Source: Candidatus Bathyarchaeia archaeon (GTDB lineage Archaea > Thermoproteota > Bathyarchaeia > Bathyarchaeales > Bathycorpusculaceae). Taken from it: a stretch of 24,964 nt of DNA. Below, in pieces: positions 8,288 through 15,846 of this stretch. Under the pieces are notes generated by a model. It searched no databases. It saw nothing but the letters and a program-made list of their open reading frames with translations, and was not told the DNA's origin. The number at the start of each line of letters is the position of its first letter. Position 1 is the stretch's first letter. The position numbers and the translations under genes were made by a program. The stretch is taken from the NCBI GenBank assembly GCA_038869575.1, contig JAWCQV010000001.1:1-24964 (forward strand), written 5' to 3'.

Positions 8288-9313
8288 ATGAGAGACAAAA
8301 AATCCCTGGAGGCGCTTATTAAGGAAATCCCGAAGGCAGAGCTGCACCTACACATTGAAGGCACCCTTGAACCAGAAATGTTGATCGAAATCGCACGAAG
8401 GAATAATATCCGACCAAAGTATGGAAATGTTGAAGAAGCTAGGAGGGCTTACAACTTTAGAAACCTTCAAGACTTTTTAGACGTTTACTACGAGGGAGTA
8501 AAGGCTCTGCAAAAGGAGCAGGATTTTTATGATCTAACACAGGCTTATCTGGAGAAGGCACGCTCCCAAAACGTTTTACATGCTGAGGTGTCCTTTGATC
8601 CTCAAGCTCACACCAGAAGAGGCATAAAATTCGATGCTGTGGTGACAGGCATACACAAAGCCCTTAAAGATGGGGAGAAGAGATTTGGAATTTCAACAAG
8701 GCTAATCATGTGTTTTTTAAGGGATTTAGATGTGGATTCAGCTTTCAAAACATTGGAGGAGGCTTTGCCTTACAAGGACTGTATTTTGGCTGTTGGGCTT
8801 GATTCAGCTGAGGTTGGCAATCCACCATCAAAGTTTCAAAAGGTCTTTGAAAAGGCCATGGAAGAAGGCTTTTTGACAGTTGCACATGCTGGCGAAGAAG
8901 GACCCGCAGAATACGTTTGGGAGGCAATCAAACTCCTTAAAGTTTCCCGCTTAGACCATGGAAACCATGCCCTCGACGACGAAGATCTCGTTAGAGAACT
9001 AGCTAGAAAGCGGATTCCGCTAACACTTTGTCCGCTTTCAAATCTGAAGCTAGGTGTTGTAAAAAGTCTGGAGGAACATCCGCTAAAGAAAATGATGGAA
9101 ACCGGACTCTTTGTGACGGTGAATTCTGATGATCCAGCATATTTTGGAGGCTATATAAACGAAAACTACATCGCAGTACAGAAGGCTCTTGGCTTAAATG
9201 CGGACAGCATATTTGAGCTTGCCAGAAACTCTTTTCTGGCCTCCTTTTTAAGCGAGCAAAAGAAGCGGGAAATGCTCGAAAAGTTGGAAGCTTTTAGAGT
9301 TAGAGGAGGCTAG
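8288..9313 (+). CDS. add: Adenine/adenosine deaminase (amidohydrolase, COG1816-type; adenine deaminase likely)
   Basis: PKAELHLHIEGTLEPE, FDPQAHT, VGLDSAEVG, AHAGEEG, RLDHG, CPLSN and TVNSDDPAYFGGY. Confidence 0.9.
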   Translation: MRDKKSLEALIKEIPKAELHLHIEGTLEPEMLIEIARRNNIRPKYGNVEEARRAYNFRNLQDFLDVYYEGVKALQKEQDFYDLTQAYLEKARSQNVLHAEVSFDPQAHTRRGIKFDAVVTGIHKALKDGEKRFGISTRLIMCFLRDLDVDSAFKTLEEALPYKDCILAVGLDSAEVGNPPSKFQKVFEKAMEEGFLTVAHAGEEGPAEYVWEAIKLLKVSRLDHGNHALDDEDLVRELARKRIPLTLCPLSNLKLGVVKSLEEHPLKKMMETGLFVTVNSDDPAYFGGYINENYIAVQKALGLNADSIFELARNSFLASFLSEQKKREMLEKLEAFRVRGG

Positions 9314-9923
9314 CTCTTGCTTCAATGAGTATTATTGTTTCAAAGAGGGGAAGAGCTAAGCTTGCAATAATCTTCGCTTTGAAACCTTTAACCTCCAAAA
9401 TTCGCATGGTTTCATCCATATCTGCAAGTGTTGATTGCATAAGCAAAACGCGGCCATCAAGCTTAACATAATCACGAACTCTTTCCAAGAAGCGGTTTAT
9501 GACTGCTCTGCCACTTATCCCACCGGCCCACGCGCGTTCAACAAAAGTTTTGCCTTCAAACGGTTCTGTTGGCAAATAAGGCGCATTAAAAAGGATCAGG
9601 TCGAATTTTTCCCCTTTTTTTAATGGCGCAAAGAGGTCGCCTTGAATAAAGAACATTTTATGGGCAACACCATTTAGCTTGGCATTTTCTTTCGCGCATC
9701 GTACCGCTAGTGGGTTTATGTCTATTGCAACTACTTTAGAGGCTTTGTTTGCTGCGGTTATGCCGAGGATGCCACATCCAGTTCCCACGTCAAGGACGCT
9801 GTCGCCTTCTTTTATCGTTAGGTTTTCTGCGAATAGGAAAGAGTCTTCCGCTGGCTCGTAAACGTCTTGCCAAACATTAAAAATATAGCTTTTGAAGAAA
9901 ACTCGTTTAATTGGAAAGGGCAT
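9300..9923 (-). CDS. hemK: HemK2/PrmC-type SAM-dependent methyltransferase (release factor Gln methylase family)
   Basis: VYEPAEDSFL, LDVGTGCGIL, DINPLAV, LFNAPYLP and WAGG. Conserved position after rsmA. Start placed at ATG 9923 (alternative 9974). Confidence 0.88.
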   Translation of the reverse strand: MPFPIKRVFFKSYIFNVWQDVYEPAEDSFLFAENLTIKEGDSVLDVGTGCGILGITAANKASKVVAIDINPLAVRCAKENAKLNGVAHKMFFIQGDLFAPLKKGEKFDLILFNAPYLPTEPFEGKTFVERAWAGGISGRAVINRFLERVRDYVKLDGRVLLMQSTLADMDETMRILEVKGFKAKIIASLALPLFETIILIEARASLL

Positions 9924-10725
9924 TTGCCAGTTCACCAAAGTCTTCTGGCGCCAGTTCCCGCACACGCCTATCATGAAAGGGAAGCGAGTCAGCTACTTTG
10001 ACAGTTTCTTTGGAGACCTCATTTTCTCTCCTCATGAAGGGTTGAATAGCATTTCTAACCTTTCTGTTGCGTTGTGTAAAAAGGGCTTGCACAAGCTTAG
10101 CAAAAAGAGTCTCATCCTTCAGCTTAAAAGGCGACGGTAGTTTTGGTTTTAGGCATACGATTATGGAGTCTATTTCGGGCTGTGGATAGAAAAAATTCTT
10201 TGGCACCTCGTCCAGAAGCTCAACATTAAAATGATAGTAAGTTAAGACCGTTAACCAACCGTAGTCTTCGCTTCCCACAGACGCCACAAGACGGTTTGCA
10301 AACTCTTTTTGAAAAACAAAAACGGCGCACTCAAGCTTTTTATCGAAAAGCCATTGGATCAAAGCTGAAGAAATACCGTATGGTGGTACGGAAATAACTT
10401 TGTTGAATGCCCGAAGTGGAAGCTCAAACACGTCTCCCTCGATAACCTCAACGTTTGACAGAGCTCCAAGCTGCTCACGCAAAACTCTAACAAGCCTACT
10501 ATCCACCTCAACAGCCAAAACCCGCCCACACTTATCAGCTAAAAAGCGAGTAAGAAAACCCAACCCAGCGCCAATATCCAAAATAACATCGTCTTTATGG
10601 AGCGAGGCATAATTGGCTAAAAGCTGAAAAATTGATGGTTCAACCATAAAGTGCTGTCCGAGACGTTTCTTCGGGGAGATTCGATGTTTTCTAAGAAGAA
10701 GCTTCGCTTTCTCTTTCAAGCTCAT
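9907..10725 (-). CDS. rsmA: 16S rRNA m6,2A dimethyltransferase KsgA/Dim1 family
   Basis: KKRLGQHF, LDIGAGLGFLT, AVEVD, GDV, FQKEFANRL, YGWLTV, FYPQPEIDS, FTQRNRKVRN and RVREL. Motif IV reads SVPPY (see findings). Confidence 0.93.
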   Translation of the reverse strand: MSLKEKAKLLLRKHRISPKKRLGQHFMVEPSIFQLLANYASLHKDDVILDIGAGLGFLTRFLADKCGRVLAVEVDSRLVRVLREQLGALSNVEVIEGDVFELPLRAFNKVISVPPYGISSALIQWLFDKKLECAVFVFQKEFANRLVASVGSEDYGWLTVLTYYHFNVELLDEVPKNFFYPQPEIDSIIVCLKPKLPSPFKLKDETLFAKLVQALFTQRNRKVRNAIQPFMRRENEVSKETVKVADSLPFHDRRVRELAPEDFGELANALSN

Positions 10726-10746
10726 AAGGGCGTTTACCAGCCCTTT

Positions 10747-11319
10747 TTATCGAGCTCTTGTGAAAAGCCGATACTTGCTTTCGCCAGCCAACTCCTCCAA
10801 AATCCTCTTCGTGAGAAGCTTAACAGGGTTGGGGATTTCTGTTCGCCTCTGCAAGTCCTCAAAGCTTTCGAAAGGCTTTTTCTCCCGCTCGTTTATAACC
10901 TGCCACATGTATTTTTTCCCTATCCCAGGGATAAGCTCTAGGGCGTGCATCCTAGGAGTTATGGCTTGTGCGGTGTTGAAGAAATGAACAAACCACTTTT
11001 CACGGTTAAGCACTATACGGCTGACAACCGCTGGAAGCTCCATCTTGGCGGCTGAGGTCAACTCATCATAGCCTATCCGCCCAATAATGTAGGTTATCTC
11101 TTCACGCGCCTCCTTCCCAACATAAACCCGATCGTGAGGTTTCAAGGTAACACCCTCCTTAACTAAAGCTTCTAAAAGTGTGAAAAACTCCTCGCCAATA
11201 AGCTGCACCAAGGCCCCAGCCCTGTAACCAGCCTTACCAGTTATCCGAACGCCAGGGCGTCCGTGGGGAAGAAAGTCTAAGACGTGAGCATATTCTTCGT
11301 AGCGTTTCTCCTTCTCCAT
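10747..11319 (-). CDS. DUF655 family putative RNA-binding protein (OB fold plus helix-hairpin-helix)
   Basis: EEYAHVLDFL, GEEFFTLLE, RMHALELIPGIGKK and FESFEDL. Canonical position between rpoF and rsmA. Confidence 0.9.
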   Translation of the reverse strand: MEKEKRYEEYAHVLDFLPHGRPGVRITGKAGYRAGALVQLIGEEFFTLLEALVKEGVTLKPHDRVYVGKEAREEITYIIGRIGYDELTSAAKMELPAVVSRIVLNREKWFVHFFNTAQAITPRMHALELIPGIGKKYMWQVINEREKKPFESFEDLQRRTEIPNPVKLLTKRILEELAGESKYRLFTRAR

Positions 11320-11369
11320 TACATCCCCTTTTAAAACCCATCACGTTTTTAAAAATACGGTTTGAAGAG

Positions 11370-11717
11370 CTATTTCAACCTGTGTTCGTTTAAAAGTTTA
11401 ACCATAGCCTCTAATTTAGAAGTTTCGATAATTTTGCGACCGCCTCCGAGAAAAACCCTAAGTTCCTCCACAGTTCCAGGCATACAATTAACTATCTGAA
11501 CAGCTTCGGTTTCTTCTAAACCGAATTCTTTAACGAGTTTTTCAATAAGCATTTCGGCAGTTTCAGAGTCAACTTTCGAAAACTTGGATGCGTAGTCCAG
11601 CACGCGCCTCTGGAACTGGTCCAATTTTTCCTCGCCAAGCCCTTCAAGCAACTTCTTGACTTGAGGGATTGTGAGGCTTTTCTCTTTAACCTTTTCAGTT
11701 GCGGCCTTTTCCAGCAT
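11370..11717 (-). CDS. rpoF: DNA-directed RNA polymerase subunit F (Rpo4)
   Basis: LTIPQVKKLL, QRRVLDYASKFSK and AVQIVNCMPGTVEELRV. ATG 11717 follows the rpl21e stop (TAA-A-ATG). Confidence 0.93.
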   Translation of the reverse strand: MLEKAATEKVKEKSLTIPQVKKLLEGLGEEKLDQFQRRVLDYASKFSKVDSETAEMLIEKLVKEFGLEETEAVQIVNCMPGTVEELRVFLGGGRKIIETSKLEAMVKLLNEHRLK

Positions 11718-11718
11718 T

Positions 11719-12015
11719 TTAACCACCCTTGTAGGGCTCCAAGTGCTCCGGTCTAACAATAATTTCCTTGCAAGCGTCGCCTTGCGTGACGCTTACAACG
11801 TAGCTTTTCCCGCGCATGCCCACAACCTTGCCCACTTTTCCGTGGTACCTTCTATGAGGCATCCCCTCTTGAACGCTTGGATCAATTTTTATAACTACAC
11901 TGTTTCCCGGCTGATATTCCTGGAGCAGTTTGCTTAGTCGCATCTTACCTCTTTCTCTAGGGTTTTTCTTAAGAAGACGCCGTGTTTTTGACCTGTATCC
12001 CTTTGACTTCCTCAA
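11719..12015 (-). CDS. rpl21e: 50S ribosomal protein eL21
   Basis: SKGYRSKTRRLL, IDPSVQEGMPHRRYHGKVG and IVRPEHL. TTG start. Confidence 0.96.
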   Translation of the reverse strand: MRKSKGYRSKTRRLLKKNPRERGKMRLSKLLQEYQPGNSVVIKIDPSVQEGMPHRRYHGKVGKVVGMRGKSYVVSVTQGDACKEIIVRPEHLEPYKGG

Positions 12016-12017
12016 TT

Positions 12018-13355
12018 TTAAACCTTCCCTACAATTACTTTCAAAACATCAAGTTTTATAGGCTTCGCTTTGTTACCGAGAATCTCTGAAACGCTTGGGG
12101 TTGTTCTTCCTCCATCACCAGTCACCAGCTCTTTTACATATAGTCCCCCTTGACATCTAACCTTAAGTTCAGCCCTGTTCGGTGACAATCTCTTAGCTTT
12201 AACCTCATATATGTACTTTTCCCGCGTTAAATCCGCCCGCCTGTGCAAAACCCGCAAAGGCGTCCTCTGCTTAATAACAGAGCCGCTAAGTTTCCCCTCT
12301 AACAGCCTTAAGTCTGCGTTTGAAACTTCTCTTTCAAATTCCACAGTAACGCGGTACTCTTTTTGTGCTAACTCCGCCTTTTTCAATTTCCGCACAAAGT
12401 CTTTGTCGACAAAACGAAGCTCTGAAACTTCAACCTTACCCTTTGCATTGGCGTTCACATTATCTTCAATTTCCTGAAGGTTCAGAAAACGCCTTTTAGG
12501 CTGTGCTACCTCTATAACAAAGGGTCTGCCCTTTCCAAGCATGCGAGCGTCAACGTCTTCCCTTCCAGAAGCATGAAATGACGTTTTAACACCGTCCGTA
12601 GCCTTCAAAATGGGTTCACTTATCAGCTCCTCAACGGATTCTAGATATCTTTTACCAGTCCAATTGCACTTCTCGCAGCCTTTCCCGCGGCAGTCGGTGC
12701 AGAACCACTTTGACTGCGGTATACCCCTAACAAGTTTCTTGTAGAGTCCGGCAATATAGAGCGGGTTAATCTGGACACTTATTTCGCCTGTTATGGGATT
12801 TAGGAGCAAAACAATGTCTGGTTTTCGATGTTCCACAGGCTTTTGACTGTATGTGGCGATCTTCTTACTTAAGATTCTCCCAAATTCCAGCCTAATATTT
12901 TCACCGTATTCCACGCCAAAGCAAGCTCTAAACTCGTCCTCGCGTTCCTCAACCTCAACTGGAAGTTCTATGCCGACCAGAAAGTTGCTGTATTCGTATT
13001 CTCGTAGCTTCTCAACAGCCCTTTTTGCCAGATCGTCAACGTTTTCAAAACTGTTCTCGCATAGAAAACAAGTCTTTGCCACTTTTTTCTCAGAGAAGCG
13101 CCTTCCCATTTTACGGAGAGTTTCCAACGCCTTTTCGCAGAAACCGTTTACCGCTAGGGTTTTGAGGATTCGCGTCCCTTCATCCCTTTTAATGCGGGCA
13201 AGAGCTTGGGCTTCCATAAACAAGACATTTTTTATGGCTCTTCCTCTTTCATCGTTTTCTATTCCACGCCCCAGAAAGGCGAATTGTCTTCCTAGACAAT
13301 GGTCACATAAGGGGTGTTTTCCAAGCATTTCTAGGGCTTTTTCCAATATGCCCAT
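12018..13355 (-). CDS. pus10: tRNA pseudouridine(54/55) synthase Pus10
   Basis: LCDHCLGRQF, YIAGLYKKLVRGIPQSKW, catalytic HASGREDVDARMLGKGRPF, QRTPLRVLHRR and GGLYVKELVTGDGGRT. Confidence 0.95.
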   Translation of the reverse strand: MGILEKALEMLGKHPLCDHCLGRQFAFLGRGIENDERGRAIKNVLFMEAQALARIKRDEGTRILKTLAVNGFCEKALETLRKMGRRFSEKKVAKTCFLCENSFENVDDLAKRAVEKLREYEYSNFLVGIELPVEVEEREDEFRACFGVEYGENIRLEFGRILSKKIATYSQKPVEHRKPDIVLLLNPITGEISVQINPLYIAGLYKKLVRGIPQSKWFCTDCRGKGCEKCNWTGKRYLESVEELISEPILKATDGVKTSFHASGREDVDARMLGKGRPFVIEVAQPKRRFLNLQEIEDNVNANAKGKVEVSELRFVDKDFVRKLKKAELAQKEYRVTVEFEREVSNADLRLLEGKLSGSVIKQRTPLRVLHRRADLTREKYIYEVKAKRLSPNRAELKVRCQGGLYVKELVTGDGGRTTPSVSEILGNKAKPIKLDVLKVIVGKV

Positions 13356-13390
13356 AAAAGACTCCTTTTCAACAACTCTTATGAAAGATT

Positions 13391-14725
13391 TCAGCTCACG
13401 TCCACTGGCAGCCCTTTCCCAAAGAAGGGAAGCCTCTTCTTCCTCCTCAAGGTTTTCAGCATTTTCCGCATGAGAACATATTGTTTCAAAAGTTCCTTCA
13501 CATCTTTCTCGTTTGTTCCAGAACCCCGCGCCACACGCCTAATTCGTGAAGCGTTAAAGATCTTGGGGTTCTCCCGCTCCGCCGGAGTCATCGATTGAAT
13601 TATGACTCGCCACCTTTCCAGCTTGTCCTCAGCGGTGTCAAGCATTTCTTCTGGCACATTGTAGGACATGCCAGGAAACATTTTCAAGAGTTTGCGGAAG
13701 GGTCCCATGCCCCTCATGGCCTCAAACTGTTCATACATGTCCGTTAGCGTAAACTTGCCACTTAAAATAGCCTTAGCCTTCTTTTCCGGAACCTTAATTT
13801 CGGCTTCGCGAACCTTCTCGATGAGAGTTTCTAGATCGCCCATGCCTAAGAGCCTGCCAACAAAACGGGATGGAACAAAAGGTTCAACGTCCTCAACTTT
13901 TTCGCCAGTGCTTATGAACTTGATTGGTGCGCCGGTCGCCACTACAGCGGACAAGGCGCCCCCGCCCCTAGCTGAGCCGTCAAGCTTTGTCACAAGTATG
14001 GAGCCTATGGATGTTGCCTCGTTGAAAGCTTTAGCTTGCACAAGAGCTTGCTGACCAATGGTTCCGTCAATAACAAGCATAACCTCGTCCGGCTTGATTT
14101 TCTCCTCAAGCATCTTCATCTCTTTGATAAGCTCGCGTTCTTCCTTGTGGCGCCCAGCCGTATCAACTATTACTATGTCTTTGTCGCCGAACTGCTTCAG
14201 CCCTTCAAACGCTATTCTGACCGGATCTTTAGCTTTTGGGTCACCATAAATCGGCACATTTATTCTGTTGGCAAGTTGCTGAAGCTGGTCGAAGGCGCCA
14301 GGGCGATAGGTGTCAGCACATATCAAGGCGGGTTTTAGGCCTCTTTTTTGAAAGTATCTTGCAAGCTTAGCTGCAGCCGTGGTTTTTCCAGAACCTTGAA
14401 TGCCAACAAGCATCAAAACCTTCCTTTTGCCAGGCTCAACCTTTAACGGGACAGGTTTTTCACCCAGAAAGCGGGTCAATTCTTCGTAAACAACTTTAAT
14501 AACGTGTTCGCGGCGCGAAATCCCTGGCGGAACCTTCTCTTGAAGAGCCCTCTCCTCTATGCGTTTAGAAATGTCCAAGACAAGCTGAACATTCACGTCC
14601 GCTTGCAGCAGTGCCCGCTGAACATCCCTCACAAGCTCCTTAACAGCAGCCTCGTCGATAACGGCAGCTCTGAAAAGCTTCCTTAAAGCCTCGTGAAGCG
14701 AAGCGCCAAGCCTTTCTAACGCCAT
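13391..14725 (-). CDS. srp54: Signal recognition particle protein SRP54
   Basis: RALLQADVNV, GIQGSGKTT, DTAGRH, TKLDGSARGGGALS and M-domain IIQSMT...SRIRRVARGSG. Confidence 0.97.
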   Translation of the reverse strand: MALERLGASLHEALRKLFRAAVIDEAAVKELVRDVQRALLQADVNVQLVLDISKRIEERALQEKVPPGISRREHVIKVVYEELTRFLGEKPVPLKVEPGKRKVLMLVGIQGSGKTTAAAKLARYFQKRGLKPALICADTYRPGAFDQLQQLANRINVPIYGDPKAKDPVRIAFEGLKQFGDKDIVIVDTAGRHKEERELIKEMKMLEEKIKPDEVMLVIDGTIGQQALVQAKAFNEATSIGSILVTKLDGSARGGGALSAVVATGAPIKFISTGEKVEDVEPFVPSRFVGRLLGMGDLETLIEKVREAEIKVPEKKAKAILSGKFTLTDMYEQFEAMRGMGPFRKLLKMFPGMSYNVPEEMLDTAEDKLERWRVIIQSMTPAERENPKIFNASRIRRVARGSGTNEKDVKELLKQYVLMRKMLKTLRRKKRLPFFGKGLPVDVS

Positions 14726-14730
14726 AATAT

Positions 14731-14772
14731 CCTCCTGACTTAAGACCGCTTACGCACTTAAATACATTTAAA
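14731..14772 (-). promoter_or_regulatory. srp54 SD (AGGAGG) and TATA-like element
   Basis: AGGAGG at 14736-14731, 5 nt before ATG 14725. TTTAAATGTATTTAAG about 30-45 nt upstream. Confidence 0.55.
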
Positions 14773-14808
14773 CGTTTACGGCATTAAATCATCATGGCAT
14801 AAGGAACG

Positions 14809-15015
14809 TTAATGTTCCAGACCCACTTTCAAGAACCTTATAATTTTACGCATCGCAAAAGACTTGACATGGTAAAAAGAGAACGCGAAATATGCGAAGT
14901 GCAAGAAGCAGTAAAGCGGTTTATCCCAAAAAATGATAATCGATTGGGCTGTCCTGGCTCCTTGAAAAATACACTTGCAGAGCGGAAAAATGAAATGCGA
15001 AGAGGGCCCACTCAT
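14809..15015 (-). CDS. Possible small hypothetical protein (68 aa); a competing ORF lies on the plus strand
   Basis: Fills most of the 330-bp gap between xpf and srp54 and is co-oriented with both. Contains CKC...YCFLH. No recognisable family. Confidence 0.25.
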   Translation of the reverse strand: MSGPSSHFIFPLCKCIFQGARTAQSIIIFWDKPLYCFLHFAYFAFSFYHVKSFAMRKIIRFLKVGLEH

Positions 15016-15058
15016 AGAGCGATGTGACTGCGGAAGCAAACCTAAACAAGGATGGGCG

Positions 15059-15724
15059 TTACTGCTCCAAGCCTGGATATTTTGTGTCTAAAACCTCAAT
15101 TATAGCCTTAACAGTTTTTTCGCCCAACCCTTTGACGGATAACAGTTCCCTCTTTGAAGCTTGAAAAACTCGCCGCACACTTCCAAAACGCCTTAAAAGT
15201 TCCTCTGCCCTTTCCGGGCCTATCTTTGGTAGGCTTTGCACCGCGAGTAGTTGCCTTTGCCTTAGCGTGTAAGTTTTCGGCTTGTGCTTAACAGCGATTT
15301 TTCGCTTTTCCTCCTCTTGCAGTTTCTTAGCCAAAGCATACAAAAAAATTGCCGTATGAGCCTCGTTAGGAGTGAACACCACTGAGATGTTATGATCAGC
15401 CATAACCTTAGAAAGTGCTCCCCAGAAAGCTTGCGGAGTGCGAACATACTTTACGGCGTTGACAAAGTCTCCCTCAACAATGATGCAGGCGTTTTCATAT
15501 GTTTTAGTAAGCCTTTCAGCTTGCTCGAAAAGTCTACCGTCAAAGACCGAGCGGAAAAAGTCGTGAAGTTCTTTCCTTTCAACGGCGTAGTCTTCAGCCA
15601 CAACATAGTCCGCCGGAGCCAAAGCCTTCTCCAAAACCTCGCAGCCAAGCTCCTTCAAATGGTCTTTTACATCCATGCTCTCGCGTACATCAGCGAAAAC
15701 TGTTGGTCTAAACTCGATGGACAC
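15059..15724 (-). CDS. xpf: Short-form XPF/ERCC4 structure-specific endonuclease
   Basis: VFADVRES, ADYVV, ERKELHDFFRSVFDGRLFEQ (ERKx3D motif) and tandem HhH (LPKIGPERA, VKGLGEKT). No helicase domain. GTG start. Confidence 0.93.
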   Translation of the reverse strand: MSIEFRPTVFADVRESMDVKDHLKELGCEVLEKALAPADYVVAEDYAVERKELHDFFRSVFDGRLFEQAERLTKTYENACIIVEGDFVNAVKYVRTPQAFWGALSKVMADHNISVVFTPNEAHTAIFLYALAKKLQEEEKRKIAVKHKPKTYTLRQRQLLAVQSLPKIGPERAEELLRRFGSVRRVFQASKRELLSVKGLGEKTVKAIIEVLDTKYPGLEQ

Positions 15725-15846
15725 AGCCTATACGCCTCAATCAAAGTATTGGCTTATGCAGAACTTAAACATAACATCTCACAATGCGTTGCTAGGCAAA
15801 CTTCTTTTACCACAAAAAGCATTAGTGACATAGTGAAGTTTAGCTA

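Noticed and set aside
9560-9600. NAPY instead of NPPY in HemK2
   Set aside because: The catalytic Asn and Tyr are retained; minor variation.
12640-12720. CTDCRGKGCEKC DnaJ-like Zn motif in Pus10
   Set aside because: As I recall, this insertion occurs in other archaeal Pus10 proteins, so it is not evidently novel.
12853-13473. 206-aa plus-strand ORF
   Set aside because: Antisense shadow of pus10/srp54, Ser/Phe-rich with no motifs. The same applies to the other antisense track ORFs (e.g. 4668-5162, 6218-6682, 13668-14054, 15392-15847).
14789-14795. Perfect C-box AUGAUGA upstream of srp54 (minus strand)
   Set aside because: No D or D' box downstream on the same strand before the srp54 start.
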